Assembly: GCF_009914755.1 (NCBI RefSeq)
Contig: NC_060940.1
DNA: 64,000 nucleotides
From: the human T2T-CHM13v2.0 reference genome, Homo sapiens
Strand: one strand, 5' to 3'
The notes under the pieces were generated by a model. It saw only the letters and a program-made list of their open reading frames with translations, did no database searches and was not told the origin of the DNA. A program made the position numbers and the translations under genes. Position 1 is the stretch's first letter. Each line of letters opens with the position of its first letter. Below are positions 29,401-44,300 of the stretch, piece after piece.

Positions 29401-32400
29401 GATTCCATTCGATGATGATTCCATTTGATTCCATTCAAAGATGATTCCATTCTAGCCCATTCAATCATTCCATTCGATTCTATTCAATGATGATTCCATT
29501 CATGTCGATTTGGTGATTCAATTTGACTTCATTTGATGATGATTCCTTTCAAGTTCATTAGATGATTCCATTCGATTCCATTTGATGATGATCCCATTCG
29601 AGTCCATTCAGTGATTCCACTCGTTTCCATTCCATGATGATTCCATTCCATTCCATTCAATGATTCCATTCGATTCCGTTTGATGATGATTTCATTCGAG
29701 TCCATTTGATGATTCCATTTGATTCCATTCGATGATGATTCCATTCGAGTCCATTCGATGATTCTATTCGAATCCATTTGATGATTTCTTTTGATTATAT
29801 TTGGTGATGATTCCATTGGAGTCCATTCAATGATTCCATTCGATTCCAATCGATGATGATTCCATTAGAGTCCATTTAATGATTCCATTTGATTCCAGTC
29901 TCTGATGTTTACATTCGAGTCCATACGATGATTCCACTCAATTCCATATGATGATGATTCCATTCGATTCCATTCGATGATTCCATTCTATTCTATTCAA
30001 TGGTGATTCCATTCGAGTACATTAGATGATTCCATTCGATTCCATTCAATGATGATTCTATTTGTGTCCCTTAGATGATTCCACATGATTCCATTAGATG
30101 ATGATACTATTTGAGCCCATCCAATGATTCCCTTCGATTCCATTCGATGAGGATTCCATTCGATTCAATTCATTGGTGATTCTATTCAATTCAATTCTTT
30201 GATTCAATTCCATTCCATTCGACAATGATTCCATTCGATTTCTTTCGATGATTCCACTCAATTTCACTTGACATTGATTCCATTCGATTCCATTCAATGA
30301 TTCCATTTGATTCCAGTGGATGATGATTGCCGTCGATTCCATTCGATCACTCCATTCTGTTCCATTTGATGATGATTACATTCGATTCCATTTGATGATT
30401 CCATCTGACTCTATTCGAGGATTCCATTTGATTCCATTCGATGATGATTCCATTCGAGTCCATTCGATGATTTCATTCGAGTACATCCAATGATTCCATT
30501 CGAGTCCATTTGATGATTCCATTTCATTCCATTTGATTATGATTCTACTAGAGTCCATTCAATGACTCCATTCGAGTCCATTCAACAGTTCCATCCGAGT
30601 CCATTCGATGATTCCATTCGATTCCATTTGATGATTCCATTTGAGTCCATTTAATCATTACAGTCGAGTCCATTTGGTGATTCCACTGGATTTCTTTTGA
30701 TAATGATACCATTCAATTACATTTGATGATGATCCCATTCAATTTCATTTGATGATGATTCCATTAGAGTCCATTCCATGATTTCATTCGAGTCCCTTCA
30801 TTGATTCCATCCGATTTCATTTCATGATGACTCCATTCGAGTCCATTCGATGATTCCACTCGATTCCATTAGATGATTCCATTGGAGTCCATTTGATTGT
30901 TCCATTCGATTCCATTCGATTCCTTTCGAAGATTATTCCATTTGAGTCCATTCGATGATGATTCCATTCCATTCCATTCGATGATTCCGTTTGATTCCAT
31001 TCGATGATTCCCTGCGATTCCTTTCTATGATGATTCCATTCCATTCCATTCAATGATTCCATTCGAATCTATTCCATGATGATTCCTTTCGATTCCATTC
31101 GCTGATGTTTCCGTTCAATTCCATTCGATGATGATTCCATTCGATTCCATTCATTGAGGATTCCATTGGATTCCATTCAATGATGATTCCATTCTATTCC
31201 ATTCAATGATTGCATTCAATTCCATTCAATGATTATGCCATTAGAGTAAATTCAACGATTCCATTCAATACCATTCGATGATGATTCCTTTTGAGTCCAT
31301 TCAATGATTTCATTCAAGTCCATTTGATGATTCCTTTCAATTCCATTCCATGATGATTCCATTCGAGTCCATTCGATGATTCCATTCGATTGCATTCGAT
31401 GATTCCATTATATTCCATTCAACGATGATTCCATTCGAGTCCATTCGATGATTCCATTAGAGTACATATAATGATTGCTTTGTTTTCAATTCGAAGATGA
31501 TTACATTGGATTCCATTCTATGATTCCATTCGATTCCATTCATTGATGATTCCACCCGATTCCATTCGATGATGATTCCACTCAAATCCATTGGATGATT
31601 CCATTCGTTTCCAATTGGTGATTTCATTAGATTCCATTCGAGGATGATTCTATTCGAGTCCATTCAATGATTCCATTGGATTCCGTTTGATAATGATTCC
31701 ATTAGAGTTCATTCGTTGATTCCCTTCGAGTCCATTCGATTATTTCTTTTGATTCCATTTGATGATGATTCCATTCGATTCCATTCAATGATTCCATTCC
31801 ATTCCATTCGATGATGATTCCATTCGATAATGATTACATTCGAGCCCATGTGATGATTCCATTAGATTCTATTCAATGATGATTCCATTCGACCACATTC
31901 GATGATGGCATTCGAGTCCATTCGATGATTTCACTCGATTCCACTTGATGATGATTCCTTTTGAGTCCATTTGATGATTACATTCGAGTCCATGAGATGA
32001 CTCCATTCGATTCCATTTCATGATGATGCAATTCGAGGCTATTCGATCATCCCATTTTAGTGCATTCGGTGATTCTCTTTTATTACATTCGATGAGGGCT
32101 CCATTCGAGTCCATTCAATGATTCCATTAGATTCCACTCGATGATGATTCCATTTGAGTCCATTCAAAGATTCCTTTCGAGTCCATTCGATAATTCTATT
32201 GGATTCCACTAGGTGATGATTCCTTTCGAGTCAATTCGATGATTCCTTTCAAGTGCCTTCAATGATTCCATTCGATTCCATTCGATGACGATTCATTTCA
32301 AGTCCATTCAATGGTTCCATTCTGTTGAATTTGATGGTTCCATTTGATTCCATTCGATGATGATTCCATTCGTGTCCATTGGATGATTCCATTCGATTCC

Positions 32401-35400
32401 TTTCGAGGAAGATTCCATTCGACTCCATTCGATGATTCCGTTCGATTCCATTCCATGATGATTCCATTTGATTCCATTCCATGATTCCATTCGATACCAT
32501 TCGATGATGATTCCATTCGACTCCATTTGATGAATCCATTCAATGCTTCCATTCGAGTCCATTCGATGATTCCATTCGATTCCATTCCATGAAGATTCCA
32601 TTCGAGTACATTTGATGATTCCATTTAATTCCATAGGATGATGATTCTATTAGGGTCCGTTGACTATTCCATTCAATTCCATTCGAAGATTCCATTCGAG
32701 TCCACTCGATGATTCTATTTGATTCCATTTGATAATTCCATTCGATTCCATTTGATGTTGATTCCATTCGAGTCCATTCGATCATTATTACATTTGATTC
32801 TATTCGATGATTCCATTCGATTCCATTTGATGAGGATTCCATTCGAGACCATTTGATGATTCCATTCAATTCCATTGGATGATTCCAATATTTTCCATTA
32901 GATGATGATTCCATTCGATTCCATTCAATGATGATTCCATCAGAATCCATTCGATGATGACTCCTTTTGCTTCCATTCAATGATCATTACATTCGGTTCC
33001 ATTCGATGATGATTCCTTTGGATTCCATTCGATGATGCTTCCATTCGATTCCATTTGATGATGATTCTTTTCGATTCCATTTGATGATGATTCCATTTGA
33101 TTCCATTCGATGGTGATTCCATTTGATGATTCCATTCGATTGTATTCGATGATGATTCCACTCGATTCTATTTGATGATGACTGCATTCGATTCCATTTG
33201 ATGATTCCATTTGATTCCATTCGATGATGATTCTGATCAATTGCATTCGATGATCCATTCGATTCCATTTGATGGTTCCATTTGATTCCATTTGATAATG
33301 ATTCCTTTCGAGTCCATTCGATGATTCCATTTGCGGATATTCGATAATTCCATTTGAGTCCAACCGATGATTCCATTCGAGGCCATTCAATCATTCTTTT
33401 TGAGTCCTTTCGATAAAGATTCCATTTTAGTCCATTCAATAATTCCACTGGAGTCCATTCGATGATTGCTTTTAATTCCATTCGATGATATTCCATTCGA
33501 GTCCATTCGATGATTCCATTCGTTGCTATTAGATGATGATTCCATTCATGACCATTTGGTGATTCCATTCGATTTCATTCGTTGATGATTCCATTCGAGT
33601 CCATTCCATGATTCCATTCAAGTCCATTTGATGATTTCTTTGAATTCAATTCGATGATGATTCCATTCGAGTCCATTCGATGATTCCATTCAGTTCCATT
33701 CGATGATGATTCCTTTCGAGACCATATGATGATTCCATTTGATTTCATTCGATGATGATTCCATTCGATTCCATTCGATGATTCCATTCTATTCCATTCG
33801 ATGATGATTCCATTCGAGTCCATTTAATGATTCCATTGGGTTCAATTCAATGATGATTACATTGGATTCTCTTCTATGATACCATTCAATTCCGTTCATT
33901 GACAATTTGATTCCATTCGATGATGATTCCATTTGAGTTCATTCGATGATTCTATTCGATTCTCTTCGATGGTGATTCAATTCTATTATATTGGATGATT
34001 CCATTCGATTCCATTTGATGTTGATTCAATTCGATTCTATTCGATGATGATTCCATTGGATTTCATTTGATGATTCTATTCGATTCCATTCAATGATGAT
34101 TCACTTCTCGTCCATTGGATGATTCCATTTCATTCCATTCGATGATGATTCCATTCGATTCCATTCGATGATTCCATTTGATTCCATTCGACGGTGAGCA
34201 ATTCGATTCAATTCCATGATGATTCTATTTGATTCAGTTAGATGATGTTTCCATTCGAATCCATTCCATGATTATTCCATTGGAATCCATTCGGCGATGA
34301 TTCCATATGAGTCAATTCAATGATGCTTCCATATGGGTCAGTTCGATGATAATTCCATTTGATTTCATTCGATGCTTCTATTCAATTCCAGTCGATGATG
34401 ATTCCGTTGGAGTCCATACGATGACTCCATTTGATTTCATTTGATGATGATTCCATTCGATTCCATTCGATGACTCCATTCTGTTCCATTCGATGATGAT
34501 TCCATTCGAGTCCATTCGATGATTCCATTCGAGTCCATTTCATGATTCCATTGGGTTCAATTCGATGATGATTACACTGGATTCCATTCTATGATTCCAT
34601 TCAATTCCATTCGTTGATGATTCGATTCCATTCAATGATGATTCCATTTGAGTTCATTCGATGATTCTATTCGATTCCGTTCGATGGTGATTCAATTCTA
34701 TTATATTGGATGATTCCATTCGATTCCATTTGATGATGATTCCATTCGATTCCATTCGATGATGATTCCATTTGATTCCATTTGATGTTGATTCTATTCG
34801 ATTCTATTCAATGATGATTCCATTCGATTTCATTTGATGATTCTATTCGATTCCTTTCGATGATTCTATTCCATTCCATTCGATGATGATTCAATTCTCT
34901 TCCATTGGATGATTCCATTTTATTCCATTCGACGATGACTCCATTTGATTCCATTCAATGATGATTCCATTCGATTCCATTCGGTGATTCCATTTGATTC
35001 CATTCGACGGTGAGCAATTTGATTCAATTCCATAATGATTCTATTTGATTCAATTAGATGATGTTTCCATTCGAATCCATTCGGTGATGATTCCATTGGT
35101 ATCCATTCGACGATGATTCCATATGAGTCAATTCGATGATGATTCCATACGAGTCCGTTGGATGATAATTCCATTTGATTTCATTCAATCCTTCTATTCG
35201 ATTCCATTTGATGATGATTCCATCTGAATCCATTCTCCGATTCCATTCGATTTCATTCGATGCTTCTATTTGATTTCATTCGAAGATGATTCCTTTCAAT
35301 TCCGTTCATTAATTCCATTTGATTCCATTCGATGATGATTCCATCCGATTCCATTGGATGATGATTCCATTCGAGTCCATTCGATGATTCCGTTCTAATC

Positions 35401-38386
35401 CATTCTATGATTCCATTCGAGTCCATTCGATGATTCCATTCGATTCCATTCAGTGATGATTCCATTTGATTCCATCTGATGATGATTTCATTTGATTCCA
35501 TTCGATGATGATTCCATTGGAGTCCATTGAATGATTCAATTCAATTCCATTCCATGTGGATTCCATTCGAATTCATTCGATTATTCCATTCAAATCCCTT
35601 CGTTGATTCCATCTGATTCCACTTGACGATGATTCCATTCAAGTCCAATCGATGATTCCATTCGGTTCCATTCAATGATTCCATTCGAGTCCATTTATGT
35701 ATTATATTCGTGTCCACTTGATGACTCCATTCAATTCCATTTAATGATGATTCCATTTGATTCCATTTGATGATTCAGTTCGATTCCTTACAATGATTCC
35801 CTACGATTCCTTTCTATGATGATTCCATTCGATTCCATTCATTGATGATTCCATTCGACTCCATTCAATGATGATTCCTTTCGATTCCATTTGACGATGT
35901 TTCCATTTGAGTCCATTCGATGATGATTCCATTGGTATCCATTCGACGATGATTCCATATGAGTCAATTCGATGATGATTCCATACGAGTCCGTTGGATG
36001 ATAATTCCATTTGATTTCATTCAATCCTTCTATTCGATTCCATTTGATGATGATTCCATCTGAATCCATTCTCCGATTCCATTCGATTTCATTCGATGCT
36101 TCTATTTGATTTCATTCGAAGATGATTCCTTTCAATTCCATTCATTAATTCCATTTGATTCCATTCGATGATGATTCCATCCGATTCCATTGGATGATGA
36201 TTCCACTCGAGTCCATTCGATGATTCCGTTCTAATCCATTCTATGATTCCATTCGAGTCCATTCGATGATTCCATTCGATTCCATTCAGTGATGATTCCA
36301 TTTGATTCCATCTGATGATGATTTCATTTGATTCCATTCGATGATGATTCCATTGGAGTCCATTGAATGATTCAATTCAATTCCATTCCATGTGGATTCC
36401 ATTCGAATTCATTCGATTATTCCATTCAAATCCCTTCGTTGATTCCATCTGATTCCACTTGACGATGATTCCATTCAAGTCCAATCGATGATTCCATTCG
36501 GTTCCATTCAATGATTCCATTCGAGTCCATTTATGTATTATATTCGTGTCCACTTGATGACTCACTCCATTCAATTCCATTTAATGATGATTCCATTTGA
36601 TTCCATTTGATGATTCAGTTCGATTCCTTACAATGATTCCCTACGATTCCTTTCTATGATGATTCCATTCGATTCCATTCATTGATGATTCCATTCGACT
36701 CCATTCGATGATGATTCCTTTCGATTCCATTTGACGATGTTTCCATTTGAGTCCATTCGATGATGATTCAATTCAGTTCTGTTCTATTATGAATCCATTC
36801 GATTTCATTCAATGCTTCTATTTGATTCCATTCGACGATGATTCCATCTCTTTCCCTTCGATGATTCCATTTGATTCCATTCAGTGATGATTCCATTTGA
36901 TTCCATCTGATGATGATTTCACTTGATTCATTTCAATGATGATTCCATTCAAGTCCATTCGATGATTCCATTGGAGTCCAAACGATCATTCCATTCGATT
37001 CCATTCAATGATGATTCCATTCATGTCCATTCAATGAATCCTTTCAATTCCATTCGATGATGACTCCATTCGAGTACATTCGATGATTCCATTTGATTCC
37101 ATCTGATGATGATTACATTCAATTCCATTCGAAGATGATTCCATTCAATTCCACTTGATGATGATTCCGTATGAATCCATTCGCTGATTATTCCATTCGA
37201 TTCCATTCATTGACGATTCCATTCGATTCCATTCAATGATGATTCTCTTCTATTGCATTCGATGATTCCGTTCGATTCCATTCGATGATGATTCCATTAG
37301 ATTCCATTCGATTGTTGCATTCGATTCCCTTCGATGATGATTCCTTTGAATTCCATTCGATTATGATTCCGTATGAATCCATTTGATGATTATTCCATTG
37401 GATTCCTTTCGATGATGATTCCATTCGATTCCATTTGATGATGTTTCTCATGTATTCCATTTGATAATTCCTTTCAATTCCCTTCGATGATGATTCTTTC
37501 GAGTCAATTCGATGATTCTATTCCATTCCCTTCGATGATGATTCCATTTCACTCCATTCGATGATTCCATTCGATTCAATTTGGTGATGATTCAATTCGA
37601 TGACATTCGATGACTCCATTCAATTTCATTTGATGATGATTACATTCGAGTCCATTTGATGATTGTATTCCTTTCCTTTTGATGATTATTCCATTCGTGT
37701 CTATTCAAAGATTCCATTCTATTCCATTCAACGATGATTCCAATTGATTCCATTCAATGATTATGGCTATCGATTCCACTCGTTGATTCCATTTGATTCC
37801 ATTCGATGATTATTCCGTTAGATTCCATTAGGAGATTCCATTCGATTTTATTCAATGATTCCAATTGATTCCATTCAATGATGATTCCATTCGACTCCAT
37901 TCAGTGATTCCATTTGAGTCCATTTGATGATTCCATTCGAGTCCATTTGGTGATTCCATTCTTTTCCATTTGATGATGATTCCATTAGGGTCCATTCAAT
38001 GATTCCATTCGAGTCCATTCGTTAATGCCTTTCGAGTCCTTTTGATCACTACATTCGAGTCCATTCAATGATTCTATTCGATTCCATTCCATGATGATTC
38101 CATTCGAGTTCATTCGATGATTGCATTCGAGTCCATTTGATGATTCCATAAGATTCCATTCGACAATGATTCCATTCGTGTCCATTTGATGATTCCATTC
38201 ATTTCCTATCGATGAAGATTCCATTCGAGTGTATTCGATGATTCCATTCAAATCCATTCGATGATGATTCCATTCCAGTCCATTCGATCATTCCACTTGA
38301 TTCCATTTGATGACTATTCCATTCAAATCCATTTGATGATTCCATTCGATTCCATTCGATGTTACCATTCCAGTATATACGATGAT
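26454..38386 (+). repeat. Type C unit copy 1 (11,933 bp; 732-bp deletion and ~836-bp tandem duplication)
   Basis: ORF offset 26583->38516 = 11,933. The offset to the next copy steps 11,933 -> 11,928 -> 12,660 -> 11,824 along the unit. Confidence 0.88.
35085..36769 (+). repeat. ~836-840-bp direct tandem duplication within type C copy 1
   Basis: Identical ORFs 35253..35501 and 36089..36337 (offset 836). ATTGGTATCCATTCGACG occurs at ~35095 and ~35931, but only once in copy 2 (~47755). Confidence 0.9.
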
Positions 38387-41300
38387 TCCACTCGATTCCA
38401 TTTGATGATTATTCCATTGGAGTCGACTTAGTGAATCCTTTAGATTCTACTCGAAGATGATTCCATTCGAGTCCATTCGATGATACCATTCAATTCCATT
38501 CGTTGATGCTTCCATTCAAGTGCATTCGATGATATCATTCGATTCCATTTGATGATAATTCCATTTGATTCCATGTGATGATTCTATTCCATTCCATTCA
38601 ATGATAATTCCATTCAATTCAGTGATTCCTCTGGACTCCATTTGATGATGATTCCATTCAATGATTCCATTCGATTCTATTCGAAAATGATTCCATTTGA
38701 ATCCATTTGATGATGATTCCATTCGATTCCATTTGATGATTCCATTCGATTCCATTCGACGATGATTCCATTCGATTCCATTTGATGATTCCATTCTATT
38801 CTATTCGATGATGATTCCATTCGATTCCATTCGATGATGATTGGATTCGATTCCATTTGATGATTTCATTTGATTCAATTCGATGATGATTTCGATCAAT
38901 TCCATTCGATGATTCCATTCGATTCCATTTGATAATGATTACATCCGAGTCCATTCGATGATTCCATTTGAGCCCGTTCGATAATTCCATTTGAGTCCAA
39001 TCAATGATTCCATTCATTTCCATTCAATGATTCCATTCGAGTCCATTTGATCATTCCGGTAGGGTCCGTTCGATGTTGATTCCATTGGAGTGCCTTCGAT
39101 GATTCCATTCGAGTCCATTTTAGGATTTGATTCGAGTCCTTTCGATGATTCCATTCGATTCCACTCGATGATGATTTCATTCGAGTCCATTCGACACTTC
39201 CAATCGATTCCATTTGATGTTTCCATTCGAGTCCAATTGATGATTCCATTCAATTCCATTCGATGATGATTCCGTACGATTCCATTCTGTGATGATTCCA
39301 TGTGATTGCATTCAATGATGATTCCTTTCGATTGCATTCGATTATGATTCATTTCGTGTTCATTCTATGGTTCCACAGGTTTCACATCGTGTCCATTCCA
39401 TTATTCCATTCTATTCCATTTGATGATGATTCCATTCGATTCCATTCATTGGTGATTCCACTCAATTCCATTCAATGATTCCATTCCATTTCTTTCAACA
39501 ATGATTCCATTAGTTTCTAATCGATGATCCACTTGATTCCATTTGACGATGATTCCATTCTTGTCCATTCGATGATTCCATTTGATTCCATATGATGATG
39601 ATTCCATTCGATTCCACACGATGATTATTCCATTCGAGTCCATTCAATGGTGATTCCATTCAATTCCATTCGATGATTCCTTTCGATTCCATTTGATGAT
39701 GATGGCATTCGATTCCTTTCAATCATTCCCTTTGATTCCACTCAAAGGTGATTTCATTCAAGTCCATTCGATAATTGCATTCGATTCCATTCTATGATGA
39801 TTCCATTCGAGTCCATTTGATGATTCCATTCAATTCAAGTCAATGATGATTCCATTCGATTCCATTCGATGATTCCATTGGATTCCATTCGATGATGATT
39901 CCATTCAAATCCATTCGATAATTCAATTCACGTCCATTCGATGATGATTCCAATCGAATCCATTCAAAGATTCCATTCAATTCCATTCGATGATTCCCTT
40001 AGATTCCATTCGATGATTCCACTTGATTCCATTTACGATGATTCCATTCGATTCCATGTGATGATTCCATTCAATTCTATTCAATGATGTTTCCATTTGA
40101 TTCCATTCGACCATGATTGCCTTTGATTCCATTCAATGATTCCATTCGGTTCCGTTTGATGATGATTCCGTTCGATTCCATTTGATGATTCCATTTGATT
40201 CCATTGGATGAGTCCATTCGATTACATTCGATGATTATTCCATTCGAGTGCATTAGATGATTCCATTCGAGTCCATTCGATGATTCCATTCGAGTCCATT
40301 CGATGATTCCATTCGATTCCATTCGATGTTGATTCTGTTCAAATCCATTCGATGATTCCACTCGATTCCATTCGATGACTCCATTTGATCCCATTCGATG
40401 ATTTCCTTTGATTCCCTTTGATGATCATTCCATTTGATTCAATTCGGTGATTTCATTTGATTCCATTCAGTGATGTTTCCATTCGACTCCATTCGATGAT
40501 GATTCCATTCGACTACATTCGATTATGATTTCATTCAATTCCATTCGATAAAGATTCCCTTCGAGTCCAAACTATGATTCCATTCGATTCCATTCAACGA
40601 TGATTTGATTCGTGTCCATTCGATGATTCCATTTGATTCCACTTGATGAGGATTCCACTCGAGTCCATTTGATGATTCCATTCAATTCCATTCTCCGATG
40701 ATTTCTTTTGAGCCTATTCAATGCTTCCACTCGATTACATATGATGATGACTCCATTCGATGAAACTCGATGATGATTCCATTCGCTTGCATTCGATGAT
40801 GATTCCACTTGAGTCCGTTAGAAGATTCTATTCAATTACATTCCATGACGATTCTGTTCGAGTCCATTTGATGATTCCATTACACTCCATTCGACAATGA
40901 TTCCATTCAATGTTATTCGATGATTCCATTCGATCTCATTCGATGATGATTCCATTCAAGTCCATTCGATGTTTCCATTCGAGTTCATTCTATTATTCCA
41001 TTAGATTCCATTCGATGATGATTCCATTCGATTCCATTTGATGATTGCATTCTATTTCATTTGATGATGATTCCATTCGAGTCCATTCGATGATTCCATT
41101 CGAGTCCATTTAATGAATCCATTGGTTTCAATTCTATGATGATTATATTGGATTCCATTCGTTGATGATTTCATTCGATTCCATTCAATGATGATTCCAT
41201 TCAATTCCATTCAATGATTCCATTCAATTCCATACGATGATGATTCCATTTGATTTGATTCGACAGTGAGCCATTCGATTCAATTCCATGATGATTCTGT

Positions 41301-44300
41301 TTGATTCACTTGGTTGACATTTCCATTCGATTCCATTCGATGATGATTCCATTTGATTCCATTCAAAGATGATTCCATTCTAGCCCATTCAATCATTCCA
41401 TTCGATTCTATTCAATGATGATTCCATTCATGTCGATTTGGTGATTCCATTTGACTTCATTTGATGATGATTCCTTTCAAGTTCATTAGATGATTCCATT
41501 CGATTCCATTTGATGATGATCCCATTCGAGTCCATTCAGTGATTCCACTCGTTTCCATTCCATGATGATTCCATTCCATTCCATTCAATGATTCCATTCG
41601 ATTCCGTTTGATGATGATTTCATTCGAGTCCATTTGATGATTCCATTTGATTCCATTCGATGATGATTCCATTCGAGTCCATTCGATGATTCTATTCGAA
41701 TCCATTTGATGATTTCTTTTGATTATATTTGGTGATGATTCCATTGGAGTCCATTCAATGATTCCATTCGATTCCAATCGATGGTGGTTCCATTAGAGTC
41801 CATTTAATGATTCCATTTGATTCCAGTCTCTGATGTTTACATTCGAGTCCATACGATGATTCCACTCAATTCCATATGATGATGATTCCATTCGATTCCA
41901 TTCGATGATTCCATTCTATTCTATTCAATGGTGATTCCATTCGAGTACATTAGATGATTCCATTCGATTCCATTCAATGATGATTCTATTTGTGTCCCTT
42001 AGATGATTCCACATGATTCCATTAGATGATGATACTATTTGAGCCCATCCAATGATTCCCTTCGATTCCATTCGATGAGGATTCCATTCGATTCAATTCA
42101 TTGGTGATTCTATTCAATTCAATTCTTTGATTCAATTCCATTCCATTCGACAATGATTCCATTCGATTTCTTTCGATGATTCCACTCAATTTCACTTGAC
42201 ATTGATTCCATTCGATTCCATTCAATGATTCCATTTGATTCCAGTGGATGATGATTGCCGTCGATTCCATTCGATCACTCCATTCTGTTCCATTTGATGA
42301 TGATTACATTCGATTCCATTTGATGATTCCATCTGATTCTATTCGAGGATTCCATTTGATTCCATTCGATGATGATTCCATTCGAGTCCATTCGATGGTT
42401 TCATTCGAGTACATCCAATGATTCCATTCGAGTCCATTTGATGATTCCATTTCATTCCATTTGATTATGATTCTACTAGAGTCCATTCAATGACTCCATT
42501 CGAGTCCATTCAACAGTTCCATCCGAGTCCATTCGATGATTCCATTCGATTCCATTTGATGATTCCATTCGAGTCCATTTAATCATTACAGTCGAGTCCA
42601 TTTGGTGATTCCACTGGATTTCTTTTGATAATGATACCATTCAATTACATTTGATGATGATCCCATTCAATTTCATTTGATGATGATTCCATTAGAGTCC
42701 ATTCCCTGATTTCATTCGAGTCCCTTCATTGATTCCATCCGATTTCATTTCATGATGACTCCATTCGAGTCCATTCGATGATTCCACTCGATTCCTTTAG
42801 ATGATTCCATTGGAGTCCATTTGATTGTTCCATTCGATTCCATTCGATTCCTTTCGAAGATTATTCCATTTGAGTCCATTCGATGATGATTCCATTCCAT
42901 TCCATTCGATGATTCCGTTTGATTCCATTCGATGATTCCCTGCGATTCCTTTCTATGATGATTCCATTCCATTCCATTCAATGATTCCATTCGAATGTAT
43001 TCCATGATGATTCCTTTCGATTCCATTCGCTGATGTTTCCGTTCAATTCCATTCGATGATGATTCCATTCGATTCCATTCATTGAGGATTCCATTGGATT
43101 CCATTCAATGATGATTCCATTCTATTCCATTCAATGATTGCATTCAATTCCATTCAATGATTATGCCATTAGAGTAAATTCAACGATTCCATTCAATACC
43201 ATTCGATGATGATTCCTTTTGAGTCCATTCAATGATTTCATTCAAGTCCATTTGATGATTCCTTTCAATTCCATTCCATGATGATTCCATTCGAGTCCAT
43301 TCGATGATTCCATTCGATTGCATTCGATGATTCCATTATATTCCATTCAACGATGATTCCATTCGAGTCCATTCGATGATTCCATTAGAGTACATTTAAT
43401 GATTGCTTTGTTTTCAATTCGAAGATGATTACATTGGATTCCATTCTATGATTCCATTCGATTGCATTCATTGATGATTCCACCCAATTCCATTCGATGA
43501 TGATTCCATTCGATTTCAATGATTCTACTCGATTCCATTCAATGATGATTCAATTCTATTCCGTTTGATGATTCCATTAGATTCCATTCTATGATGATTC
43601 CATTCGAGTCCATTCGAAGATTTCATTCGATTACATTCCATGACGATTCCATTCGAGTCCATTCGATGATTCCATTTGAATCCATTCGACGATGATTCCA
43701 TTTGATGCTATTCGATGATTCCATTGGATTCCATTCGATGATGATTCCATTCGACTTGATTTGATGTTTCTATTTGAGTCCATTCGGTTATTTTATTAGA
43801 CTACATTCGATGATGATTCCATTCGATGCCATTCAATGATTCCATTTGATTCCACTCAATGATGATTGCATTCGTGTCCATTCGATGATTCCATTTGGTT
43901 CCATTTGATGATGATTCCATTCGAGTCCATTCGATGATACCATTCAATTCCATTCGATGATCATTCCATTCGAATCCATTTGATGATTCCACTCAATTCC
44001 ATTTGATGACTCCTTTCATTCCCATTCGATGATTCCCTTCAGTTCCAATTGGATGATCTTTCCATTTGATTCAATATGGTGACTCCATTCTATTATATTC
44101 AATGATGATTCCATTCGACTCCATTAGATGATGACTCCATTCCGTTCCATTCGATTGTGATTTCATTCGATTCCATTCGAAGATGATTCCATTCGAGTCC
44201 ATTTGATGATTCCATTCGATTCCATTCAATGATGATTCCACTCAAATCCATTGGATGATTCCATTCGTTTCCAATTGGTGATTTCATTAGATTCCATTCG

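Noticed and set aside
32987-33568. Longest ORF (193 aa), duplicated at 45647..46228
   Set aside because: It has the same low-complexity satellite composition. Identity between copies reflects recent DNA duplication, not coding constraint.
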